Assembly: GCA_003971905.1 (NCBI GenBank)
Contig: RSEE01000007.1
Span: 372,001-436,000, forward strand
Direction of reading: 5' to 3'
Length of the DNA stretch: 64,000 bases
DNA from: Moniliella sp. 'wahieum'
Taxonomy: Eukaryota
The notes under the pieces were generated by a model, which made no database searches, was not told where the DNA came from, and saw only the letters and a program-made list of their open reading frames with translations. A program made the translations under genes and the position numbers. Positions 26,473-38,201 of this stretch are shown piece by piece. Position 1 is the first letter of the stretch, and the number at the start of each line of letters is the position of its first letter.

Positions 26473-26569
26473 CTGTCTACCTGTCTACCTGTCTACCTGT
26501 CTACCTGTCTACCTGTCTACCTGTCTACCTGTCTACCTGTCTACCTTCTACCTGTCTACCTGTCTACCT
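26473..26569. repeat. 8-bp tandem repeat (CTGTCTAC)n, about 12 units, decaying to the right
   Basis: Directly visible: ctgtctacctgtctacctgtctac... Confidence 0.95.
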
Positions 26570-29500
26570 ATCCACTGTCGACCTGTACCTGTCCACCTAT
26601 CCACTTGACCAGTTGTCCACGTGCCCGCTCGGGGGCCACATTACAGGCGATGATGGATGAACGCAGAACGGCTCACAACCCTGCTGCAACCCAACACCGA
26701 GGCCCGAGGCAAGTTGCCCAAGGGTATAGCGCGTGCAAGGGTGTCGCATTCGGTGCTATTGGCTCCCCAACAAGCATGGAAGGGAAACCAAGGCGAGGGT
26801 AGTATAGCGTGCCGGCCGCGGGGTGGCCGGGATCGAACCCAGTGTAACAGTTGGACGTTATGTGGCGCTGGTCCTGGTGGGAAGCCGAAGGTATAACGAA
26901 AGAGAAGACGAGCCGGATGGGGGAAGGGGGGGAGAAGAATAGAATCGATTCATCCTCCCCCCCCCCCCAACACACACACACCTTCCCTTAGGGGTATTGC
27001 ACAAGAAGGACAAATGCACGGTACTAGTAAGGGTCGAGAAACGAGGAGCAAATATACTTCTTCAGTTGCGAAACACGTCGAATGCGACTGGGACCAGATT
27101 CAAGACTCCTGGACGGACTGGTGGTCTTAACTATACCTGTATGAGAAGAGAGAAGATTGGCGCGGCAGGAATGGGGCTGTGGGACATTGGAAGGTGCACG
27201 AAACAAGCATGACATGCCCACATCTACTTAGGAACCCGGCTAATCATTCAAGGAGACACAGACTGCGTCTTACTATATATGGCGGTGTTGTATTCCGACC
27301 CAGCTTAGCCATTTTGTCTCGCACCATGAGGTGGGAGAAGGAACTGGGAAGGGGATATAATGGTCAAGATGGACGCTTTTCTCAGTAGTATAGGAGAGTG
27401 TGGACAGATCCGGGGGAGGGGGCGATGGTGGGGTATTGAAAAAGGACATTCGCTTTTGGGCATGCTTACGAGCGCATAATATGAGGCTGCATGATGAGCA
27501 TATGCCCCCCTTTTGGATGGGAACAGGCGCGGCTATTCACTCTAACCAGTTGGGATTCTGTGCCCCCGCGCGTACTGTGGCTAATGGGGTCTCAACAACT
27601 ATCCGATCCCCAACACTTTGGGTGCCCACACCGACAAATGTGTTTACATACGACGGCACAGCAACATTGTCGGATGTGTGTGGGAGAACTGTTGAGAGAA
27701 AACGGACGTAGAAGGCTACAATAATATGGCAAGTTCGCCAGGAGCATCTCGACAGCAAGTAAGCGCTCTTTAATCCCCCTAGCCATAAGATGACAACACG
27801 TGCAGGGGTACTATACCACCAGGCTGGCCAACAAGATGTTTGAGAACGCTGTGGAAGGGTCTAACTAACGAGCTTCATTACAGGAGGTGGTTCTCCTTTG
27901 AATGCCCACATGGCTACCGCACTCCCAATCAGTTCGTATCCCCCTTCTCCCTCTTGGCTTATTCGCTACACCCACAAATGAGGATGGGACGACAAGAGGT
28001 GTCATATTAGTTTGGCTGATCTCGTTCCCATTTCCGATTTCTTCGTCTAGAGCGTTTCTCGCTACTGCCTGTTCCTTCCACTTCGCACCATGTCCTCTGC
28101 TCATGCTTCTTCCCCACGAACGATTGCTACACCCCTTGGCCTAGTCCGATTCTGGTCTCCCTCGCCTTAGCCCCGACTGTGACAAGAGGCAGCAGCGGGC
28201 TGGGCACAGCCAATCAAAAAGGGGGAGTGTGCGTGATATATACTTTACTCACTGTACTCACTGCACTCACTGCAAATACTTTACGGCCGTTAAGGCGCCT
28301 TGGCCTATGGGCCGGACCCTACGGGACTGCGGGCCCCACCATACCTATAGAAACCCGATCTCAGATCTCAGATGTACTCAGAGCATAAATCAGCACTGCG
28401 GCAGGTCCATATTCAATCAAGTGGCATGTGTCTCGATAGTATCCCTAGGTCTGGCCTTAGCTTGGATCGGACCATTTCGGGTCCGCCGCAGCCCGTGACA
28501 GTCCTTTTGAGAGGTGTTGCGATGGTGACATAGGTGACTATAACTGGGTTCAACGTCGTTGATCAAGACGTTCAAGCTTCAAGCTTCAAGAGGTTCAAGC
28601 TTCGAGCTTCACCCAGGTCATGCGGTCTTGGAGCACTTCCGGCCCTATTACACCTTGGGTCTTACTGGTTACGAGTCCCGACGTAAGCCGCAGTAGCGAC
28701 TAGTATTATAGCCTTCTCTCCTTCTGTATAGCCCTCATCGACCTCATTCTGATGCTTTCTACTGCCAAAACGCCTATCTCTCGACAACAATAGATTACTC
28801 GATTACTCCGCTACTGTGTCTTATACGCTTCAAGCTTCAGGCTTCGACAGCTTCAGCGCTTCAGCCTCCATTGCGGTCTCTGGCATAGCCGGGTGAATGA
28901 GGATGCGGAACGAGGGACGTCGCTACACCAACCTTTGCGTGACAGTGTCATGCCTGTCGAGGCAGTCACATGTCATGTGACAAGTGTGACACTGATGCAT
29001 GTGACATGTGACACGAGTTGGCTTGAGGCAGACGAGCGTCACTAACTTCACTCTCTGCGTCACGAGTGACAGTCACTAGCTTGGGTTCCTTACCTAGCCT
29101 TCACCTAGCAGTCGGCAATCGTGCATTAGGCCTTAGGTATCCACTAGCACACATCCCTTCCGAGCTTCAAATTCAGAACACGGGACTGATCGATTGCGAT
29201 GATCGAGATGATGTCGATACTGTCGATGATGGCCTCTCTGCAAGCTGCATCGAGCACTATTATGCATGTCACATGTCACACAACATCTCAATGTCAACGA
29301 GATGCATCGATCAAAACCAAATTATTCCCTAGATGTTTTCCCCTAGATTTACTGGACACTATTAGCAGTCATAGTCACTTGAAGCTTGAAGCTTGACGCG
29401 CTTGACGGCAGACACTAGTCACTAGTCATTAATCATTGGCCCCAGAAGTCCTAAACGACATGTACCCTGCAGACCGGCAGCATCGTGGGCTTTAAGTGTG

Positions 29501-29853
29501 GATCTCTGATCCTTAGGGTCGCTGGGGTGTGTCTACGCTGATCTGACGCCTATACTATCGCGAGAATCGAATCGAGGATCGAGGGTCGGAGTCTACTCGA
29601 AGCGCGATGAGCTTGATGGGTTTATAGTATTGCCGAATAGTATGGTAGAAACACTTCCTAATCCATGGGATCGCGAGCAAGGGTGCCTTCGGTATAGGAC
29701 CCACTGCAGAAGATTAATAACTTGCCAGAACGAGCTCCTATGCCTCTCTGGGGGGCAAGGCATCTCGGCCAAAAAAACGGGGGGATGGACGAGAATGCAG
29801 AATGTGGGTCTACCATGCACTCTTCCAATGTGCGCGACAAAATGTGCAGTAAC

Positions 29854-30093
29854 TGTTGGCCTAGGGAGCCGGACGGGCAGAAGGATGAGGAGAAGGTGAT
29901 GGATTGGAGCCAGAGTTGGGTCTGGGTACAGAGGCATCTATATAGGAGGCTGGACTAGGCACAGGGACAGTGAGTCACACAGGAGAGAGTGCAGGGCACA
30001 GGGACAGTGACACGCAGGGACGTCAGCGTGGAAGCCGATGGAACCGAGGCGAACCTGGTCTACCGACTGGGAGCCAGAGGATCACAGTCAACA
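29854..30093 (-). repeat. LTR copy (3' LTR in minus orientation)
   Basis: TGTTGGCC...AGTCAACA, 240 bp. Contains CTATATAG, TGAGTCA and a duplicated GGCACAGGGACAGTGA. Confidence 0.92.
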
Positions 30094-30809
30094 CCCCCGC
30101 TGGCCAGGGAACCCGGAGACATCGGTTGTGGGATGAGCTCCTGCCAGTGGATGTAGAGAGGGGAGGACTTGAGTGGCAACCGGGACGAATGGCCTGGAGT
30201 TGTGCATGGCCACACGACTGGCCTACACCCGCTGTCCAGGATGACACCTGAAACGAGCCGAGCGCTTGTGGTTGGTGTATTGTGCGACCGCCAGATGCTT
30301 GTAGAAGTCTTAGAAGTAAAAGTAGTAGGGGTTGCGCCCCGAAGCGATTTGGTGGGCAAAAGTAAAAAGCACCAGTTATAGGTGTAGTGAAAGAAAATTG
30401 GGAAACTTGGAGTAAATGCGGTCCAAGGTCGTTTGGCATCAAAATTGGATGCGTTTGGTAGTTGTTTGGTTCCGCATGCCTGGTGCCAGGGGTCCATTGG
30501 GCATGGGAAATGAACGGGCGCTATGCGTCAACCGTCTTGATCTGTTTGGGTTCTCTTGTTGTTGAAAAGAGGAGTGGAAGAAGTTGGGTGACCACCCCCC
30601 CCCATCCTTTCCCCAGGTGCCCGGATGAATTGGCAATCCGGGGCGTTAGCCGTGGGTGGGGCACTTGATGAGCAGCCACCCCCGCTTTCTGCGATTCGCC
30701 TGGCCGTTTTGTCGTTGGAGGAATTTCGTCTCGTTGACGATACCCGACACGTTTTGTTCCGTCGTGTGTTGTCCCTAAAAATCATTGCCCCATCTGTGGG
30801 GGACGAGTG

Positions 30810-30890
30810 TGCCGATTGTGGCGGTAGTATGCCGATGTGGCGGTAGTATGCCGATTGTGGCGGTAAGGTGCCGATTGTGGCGGTGGTGTT
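30810..30890. repeat. Four copies of a ~20-bp unit (TGCCGATTGTGGCGGTA..) inside the element's internal domain; repeated at about 31960-32045
   Basis: Directly visible tandem units. Confidence 0.85.
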
Positions 30891-31004
30891 GTTGGGCGGG
30901 AGGACGGGTGTGTCTTGTGGGCTTGGCGGCTTAGCTTGGGCTTGTAGGCTTGGGGGTGGGCTTGCTTGAAGAGCGCCCCTTCCGGGGGGATCAGATTGTA
31001 GCTC

Positions 31005-31244
31005 TGTTGGCCTAGGGAGCCGGACGGGCAGAAGGATGAGGAGAAGGTGATGGATTGGAGCCAGAGTTGGGTCTGGGTACAGAGGCATCTATATAGGAGG
31101 CTGGACTAGGCACAGGGACAGTGAGTCACACAGGAGAGAGTGCAGGGCACAGGGACAGTGACACGCAGGGACGTCAGCGTGGAAGCCGATGGAACCGAGG
31201 CGAACCTGGTCTACCGACTGGGAGCCAGAGGATCACAGTCAACA
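31005..31244 (-). repeat. Shared central LTR copy
   Basis: Same 240-bp sequence, flanked by internal-domain sequence on both sides and lacking a TSD. Confidence 0.92.
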
Positions 31245-32160
31245 CCCCGCTGGCCAGGGAACCGGAGACATCGGTTGTGGGATGAGCTCCTGCCAGTGGA
31301 TGTAGAGAGGGGAGGACTTGAGTGGCAACCGGGACGAATGGCCTGGAGTTGTGCATGGCCACACGACTGGCCTACACCCCCGCTGTCCAGGATGACACCT
31401 GAACGAGCCGAGCGCTTGTGGTTGGTGTATTGTGCGACCGCCAGATGCTTGTAGAAGTCTTAGAAGTAAAAGTAGTAGGGGTTGCGCCCCGAAGCGATTT
31501 GGTGGGCAAAAGTAAAAAGCACCAGTTATAGGTGTAGTGAAAGAAAATTGGAAACTTGGAGTAAATGCGGTCCAAGGTCGTTTGGCATCAAAATTGGATG
31601 CGTTTGGTAGTTGTTTGGTTCCGCATGCCTGGTGCCAGTGGGGTCCATTGGGGCATGGGAAATGAACGGGCGCTATGCGTCAACCGTCTTGATCTGTTTG
31701 GGTTCTCTTTGTTGTTGAAAAAGAGGAGTGGAAGAAGTGGGTGACCACCCCCCCATCCTTTCCCCAGGTGCCCCGGATGAATTGGCAATCCGGGGCGTGT
31801 AGCCGTGGGTGGGGCACTTGATGAGCAGCCACCCCGCTTTCTGCGATTCGCCTGCGCCGTTTTGTCGTTGGAGGAATTTCGTCTCGTTGACGATACCGAC
31901 ACGTTTGTTCCGTCGTGTGTTGTCCCTAAAAATCATTGCCCCATCTGTGGGGGACGAGTGTGCCGATTGTGGCGGTAGTATGCCGATTGTGGCGGTGGGG
32001 TAGTATGCGATTGTGGCGGTAAGGTGCCGATTGTGGCGGTGGTGTTGTTGGGCGGGAGGACGGGTGGTCTTGTGGGCTTGGCGGCTTAGCTTGGGCTTGT
32101 AGGCTTGGGGGTGGGCTTGCTTGAAGAGCGCTCCCCTTCCGGGGGATCAGATTGTAGCTC

Positions 32161-32400
32161 TGTTGGCCTAGGAGCCGGACGGGCAGAAGGATGAGGAGAA
32201 GGTGATGGATTGGAGCCAGAGTTGGGTCTGGGTACAGAGGCATCTATATAGGAGGCTGGACTAGGCACAGGGACAGTGAGTCACACAGGAGAGAGTGCAG
32301 GGCACAGGGACAGTGACACGCAGGGACGTCAGCGTGGAAGCCGATGGAAACCGAGGCGAACCTGGTCTACCGACTGGGAGCCAGAGGATCACAGTCAACA
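32161..32400 (-). repeat. LTR copy (5' LTR in minus orientation)
   Basis: Same sequence apart from homopolymer indels, followed by the TSD GTAAC. Confidence 0.92.
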
Positions 32401-32549
32401 GTAACTACTAACTGGCCCCTTGCCCCCCCATCATGCAGCACGTCTCGTCCAACGCAGACCATCGATAATCGATAACCTGCGCGCCTGAGCGCTACTGTAA
32501 ACCTGTGGGGATATAATACTGATGCAGAACATGTCCCGTGTGGGAGTGA

Positions 32550-34039
32550 CTAGTGAAAGGGGTACAGAGTAGATGCTTTGCTGATATATGACATGAGCAA
32601 TTGCAGTAGAAGTACATGGGCACTTAGGCATGTGTGCATTGAAAGCACGTGATGAAGGCTGCGAGTCTTGATGTAGGAGGGGGGGGAAATGAGAAGGGAA
32701 ATAAGAAGCAGACGAAATGAGGTGGGTAGATCACGAGGAGAATAGAGTATGGGGGATGTTGAACGTTGAATTCGACGTTGAGGAGCGCAAGGCAAGGAGT
32801 GCATTAAAAGTGACGGTGCCAGTTCGCTTGCATGAGGTGGGGAATCGAAGGCCAGGGCGTAAGAGCCAGAATAACATTTGGGATCGCACACTCGCGGGTC
32901 TGCGACCATGTCGTGGGGTGTACTGGCTGGAGGCGGGGTGCTTTCGCTTGCAGAGTCGAAGGAGATGGAGGAGACGGATGATTGGCGGGAGGAGCTAAAC
33001 ATCGACTCGGAACGGGGTGTGGGGGGCGCAGAAAGTTGGAGGGGGGGCAGGTCCAGCATCATGGGCTCGGCATCGCAAACCTCACTCCGACGAGCGTAGT
33101 ACTGTCGGACCAGCCAAGCAGCAGCAAAGCGCTTCTTGTTGAGCACAGCAAGTGAGTTGCTAGCCCCTTGAGAAAGCAGCTCCTGGAGTGTCTGCACCAT
33201 CTCGACTGACGGCCCACGGACCGTCGATGCATTGGGCTCCTGGGTGAACCCGCAGATAGTCCGAGCGAGAGCGTGGCAAGCAGCAGCGACTGCGGCAGAT
33301 GAGGCACCCACGAAGGCACGGTGATAAAGCGTTAGTGACCCAGGTATGTGCCACCTGGTCCACCTCGGAAGGGTCCTGAGGGCGGCGCACTTGAACGCAA
33401 GCCAGTCATTGATACTCGGTTGGCCTAAGCTCCAGTCGAGGGTGGCGAGGATGTGGTTCATCATCTGAATGAAGGCGGGACGCTAAACGTGTGACGGCAC
33501 AGAGCACGGCACTCGCTCACAGTTGGGATGCGTGCCTTGGCGCTGTCGTACTTGCAAGCCAGCATCAGACTGCAGCAGGCGAGAAGTTGGTAGTGCTCTT
33601 GAGCACGACTCGCTTGGACATATACCGGTCGATCATATTGACGGTTGGTAAAGGACCGATTGAGATGGCAAGTCATATGATGGTGAACCTCGACCAAAAA
33701 GTCGATGAGGTAAGTACGCATGTCCCACCCAATCTCTGGCTGGGCGTCAATCAAGGGAGTCAGGAGCCGAGGCAGCCTGGATGAAGGATAAGGTCAGTCT
33801 GGGGGGTGAACCTCAGTCAACACATAAGGGGGAGAAGCGAGCAACATACCTCAATGGTAAGCATGTGGTTGATGGCTTCTTCTTGATATTCATCCTCAAA
33901 CAGCCAGTCGGGAACAGGCTGAGACTGTGGAACGAGGGAGGGAAGGTTTTGGTGGGGAGACTGGGGAGGCAGGGCAGCCGCCAGTCGGGGAGATTTGCAT
34001 CGAGTGCGAACGGGTCATTCCGACGCAAGCAGTGGCCAT
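32550..34039 (-). CDS. G1-type cyclin (Cln/Puc1-like) with a C-terminal PEST-like tail
   Basis: EDEYQEEAINHMLTIE, intron 33849..33777, IDAQPEIGWDMRTYLIDFLVEVH, EHYQLLACCSLMLACKY, HILATLDWSLGQPS and an S/P/T-rich tail. Start and stop are approximate because of frameshifts. Confidence 0.85.
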
Positions 34040-35753
34040 GGTGAGTGGTGGGGGAGTGAGAGCGGGACACGGAGGGGGTGCGAGTGCTGCTTAAGCGGCG
34101 GAGTAGTAGGAAAGCAGGCGGTGTGTGGGTGGCGTAAACAGAGAGAGGCTTGGGCGTGGGTGGGGTATAAATAAAGGTGGACGCACAGAGTATGCGAGCT
34201 CAGGTGCGCGCTGAGCGTACGAAGTGGGCGGTGTTGGAAGAGACGGAAACGGAGTGGAGAGTGGAGACAGGTGTGGTGCGGAGGCTGAGGGTGGGGCGGA
34301 GGTCAGGCGCCTGGAGGGGCTGGCCGGCGGGGTGGATGGAGAGCAGCGGCAGTGGATTCGGGACGGCTGCGGGAGCGAATGGGAACCTGTGCCCACAAGT
34401 GGAAACGGGATTGGGGCGAGGGGGAGTGGCGCGCGGTGTGTGTGACGAGTGGATAGCCAGGATGCTGGGCTGGGCGGGGCGGCCGCAAACGAGGCTGCTT
34501 GGAACAAGCCATAAGGCCTACGGCTGGCCTAAGGACAGCCAGACAGTGCCCAGGTGCCGCATCGTGCGCTGCGCCTGAAGGCTGGATGGCAGCCACGCAG
34601 GCGAGTGCTCAGCCCGAGTGCTCGCCTGCCGCCGACGGAGCGGGGCAGGCGAGCTCCCAGATCTCAGATCTGAGTCTCAGATCTCGAAACAGGCCCGAAA
34701 GCACAAGTAGGGTCCAGCGGCAATGGCTGGTACATCGCACTGCAGTGGCAACTCCGGCGGGTTCGAATATGGCTGCCGCCGTGGCTGGCCCGGGACCTGT
34801 GACCTGTGACCGGTGACTAGTGACTCTGCCCGCGGCTGCTGCGGCCAGCGGATGGATACTCTCAACGTGCATGGTGCATGGTGTGTGACATGTGATGTGT
34901 GGTGCGTGCGCATGATGCATGATTAGCATGATCCTTGAACATTGCAGATTGAACATTGAACATTGAATACTTGACTAGTAACTAGTAAATCCACGGCCAA
35001 ATAGGAACGCGGGACATCAGCGCCCATCACCCATTGCTAACCCGGCCAAATTCGAAGAGCAGCATCGGGCAGTGGAACAGTGTGCAGGGCAGGCAGCTTG
35101 CAGAGCTCGCTAGCACCTCACCAGGGCCCGGCCTGCTGCCTCGCAGCCCAGGGTCCCTGCTCAGCGCGAGGGCCCCAGCAGCGATCATTGATCATCGATC
35201 ACAGGACCACATCATGCATCATAGCATCATGCATCACTAGTCACTAACTTGATCGAGATCCCTGAGGCCCTGAGGAGACCGGAGGCCGCTGGGCCACATG
35301 TTACCCAGATCGAGAAGAGGAGACTTGTGGGAGGCGAACAAAAGGCAGGAGAAGATATGGGGATTCAATCAGGGGGAAGGCAGCCCGGGGGCACAATAAG
35401 AAGGGGGCGGAGGAACAGAGGCGGAATGGGGCCGCTCGCACAGTGATTGATGTGATAATTGTATACCTGCACCACAGCGCAACAGGCGAAACGAGGTCGC
35501 AGCATTGTCGTGGCAGCCTCTCGCACCTCGCAGTGCAAAACTCGCACTTTCTGCTACCAGCCGCCCACCTTCTCTGTAGCTTTGTACTACCTCTGTGTGC
35601 AGATCTTTCCCTTGCAATGGATGGAGGCGTATCTCTCTGTGGCCTAGTATCACAAAAACACGTGTCGCTTTCATAACACCACAATCCATCCCTACTTCTG
35701 CTTTGAATTTCCTCCATCCCCCGTCATCTTCAAACTTCGTTGTATCTGCCGCG

Positions 35754-37418
35754 ATGACCAACTCAACAGGCATCAACTGCGTCTTTGTTGATCCCCGCCC
35801 CAACCAGCCGTGCTCCGTTGAAAACGTTATATGGGTTTATCCCATGTCAGTCAAAATTCCCCTCCCATTTCACCCCCTTACCCCAAAGCAACCCCCCCTT
35901 CTCCTTTCGCATTTGATCTTCATGCTGACAGACTGTGTCACTTCCTCTCAACAGCGCTCCCTGCGTCGATCGTCGTCATACTCTTTCGGTAGCCTCAGCG
36001 CCGCTGGTGCCTCAAGGGTTCATTCGTTGGCCACGGGGTCGGTTTATGATCTGCACATCCCTCTGTTCCCTAGGTGAAATCATAGGATGGGCGTTTCGAC
36101 TGCAAAACCACTACCGCCCATTTCTGTTTCATTCGTTCACTGGCCAGATAGTGGTCCTCATCATTGCCCCGGTCTTCCTCAGTGCTTCGAATTATATTGG
36201 GTTTGACCATATCATGGCGTGTGACGGATCACACACATTCCCACAGGATGTGGGTATGATCCTTGTTCTAGATCTTCCTTGTCCCCTTTTGTGTCTCTTT
36301 CCCCTCATCACGCGTGGTCTACCGTGTGATAGCTTCTCCTTCTCCTCTGGTATATAAGGCGCCTTCCATGCAGCCTGAATGAATACCTGTCGGCATCCGA
36401 AGCAATCCCCCTCTTACAGCGTGTGTCGGGTATGAGTTTGCCCGGTTCAACAAAAAGGTGTACCTGACCTCCTTCCTTGGTACGTTTTTGAATGCCTTTC
36501 CTGTTGCTACGGCAGGTCAAGTTCTGAAAACAGACAAAACTCACACGTGCCTCGTTGTCTTCACAGTTCTAGACATCCTTTCCTTGGTGGTGCAGGGAGC
36601 GGGTGGAGGTGTAGCTGGAGGGTCGTCCAACGGTGTGAGTCTGTCATCCCCCCTTGAACGATGCGTTCTCGTATTACGGTATACATGGACTCCATTGCAC
36701 TAACGATAATGCCTTCACTTTCAGTCATCAACAGGAAATGGAGGAAAGATTGGGATGTACATTGCCCTCGGAGGAGTTGGGTTGCAAGTTCTGGTAACAT
36801 GCCTGTACCTGCTCCTCTTGTGCGACTTTCTATATCGCCATTACCGTAATTACCAGATTGAGGAGAACCGCCACGTCTCGCCTTCTGCGGTTCTTGAAGA
36901 GGACAACAAGACACCCCATTACAAGGATTATACCAGTGAAGGAACGCTTGGTCTTTCAGTGGCAGCGATGCCCCATTCGTCTCTTATGGTCGCTGGACCA
37001 AAGGGACACGCCAGTATGCCGGTGCTCTTTGTTCGCTGCTATTTGCCTGTTTACGGTGCATCTATCGAGCAGCAGAAATGAGCGCTTTTGACAACTTCTA
37101 CCGCTTCAGTCATGAATGGTACCTGTGTGTCTTTGATGGAGTACCAATTTGGCTTGCTTTGGCGGTAAGTGGCTCCTTTTCCAACTTCCTGATGAACAGG
37201 CTTCTGACATGACTGAACCAGGCCATGGCGATCTATCACCCAAGCCGTGTGCTTCCTGCTCCTTGGGCCCTGCGTCAATTTTCGTCAGAAGAAGAAAAGT
37301 ATGGCGCATGAACTGCATGAACGAGGCAAAGGGGGGAGAAGGCGTCTGCCACAAGGTGCAGTTTCGCAATCTCTTCCTCGCCTACACACACTCATTCTCA
37401 ACTCTACCACGAAGATGA
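35754..37418 (+). CDS. RTA1-like (lipid-translocating exporter family) multi-pass membrane protein, several introns
   Basis: GEIIGWAFR, QIVVLIIAPVFLSASNY, DILSLVVQGAGGGVA, IALGGVGLQV and a late DGVP...HP motif, all typical of the RTA1 family. 3' end approximate. Confidence 0.85.
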
Positions 37419-38201
37419 CCGCAGGACACGTTACAACACTTTTGTTGCCAGTACAGTTTTGCTTATTGACATTGCTTTTTTGGTTGATCTCTCGCACCAT
37501 TTCCACTTTCTCCGCTTCGAGTGTCTCGCCCATCTTTCTCAGGTTTTTGCTTCAGTCCCCCTTGCTTTTCTTTTCCCACACGGACGATGGCTATACAAAT
37601 ATAGCTCCATTACCCTTGCTTTTACCTCTCGACTGTATTGTATTGGTCACCCTTCCCTTAGCCTCTCTGGTAGTGATGCCTGTCGTTCGTCCGATACCCA
37701 CATGTATCTTTGTTGCATCCAAGATGAATCATCAACTGCGGCCTATACCATCTTTTTTCCTGCATGATTTACCCTGTGTTGAAAATGATCGGCTGATGCT
37801 CCCCCGGATTCTATCGCGGTTTCTCTTTCGTCGCCCCCGGGGGGTGTTTATTATCCTTCTCTCGCCTTTTCCACGTCGCCTTTTCCCCCTTCCTTTTTTC
37901 TGTTTTGATCCTCGGACCATATGGCTTCGTGGCTGGTTGGAACATCTCTAAACGGACTTCCCTTGATTTGCATGAGATTATATCCTCTCATCGTGGTGGC
38001 TAACTGTAGTACGGGTGTGTTTTATATAGATACGCCCCCCTTTGCCAAGTGTGGTTTCCAGCGGGGCGGAAATAGGTGCGCGGAATATTTCAGGGGTGAC
38101 ACGGTGACGCGTGACAGCGGACCTGGCGAGACGCAGCGGCCAACCCAGTCGACTCCGCTCTACATGGCAGCCGCGTCGTGGCAGGAACATTGACCGCCGC
38201 C

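Larger units (their letters stand above)
29854..32400 (-). mobile_element. Non-autonomous miniature LTR retrotransposon (TRIM-like) in tandem LTR-internal-LTR-internal-LTR form
   Basis: Three near-identical 240-bp repeats (29854-30093, 31005-31244, 32161-32400), each TGTTG...CAACA. Two near-identical internal segments of about 0.91 kb. A 5-bp TSD GTAAC at 29849-29853 and 32401-32405. A G-run PPT-like tract abuts the LTR on the minus strand. Confidence 0.93.

Noticed and set aside
30810..30890. CRISPR-like array
   Set aside because: Contiguous tandem units with no unique spacers, no cas genes and a eukaryotic context.
30023..32268. ORFs inside the TRIM-like element as real genes
   Set aside because: No recognisable motifs, they run through LTR boundaries, and their frames differ between the two copies.
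14058..34039. Cell-cycle gene cluster (Wee1, Crz1-like, G1 cyclin)
   Set aside because: The genes are spread over 20 kb with long spacers and no shared regulatory signature; chance adjacency is sufficient.
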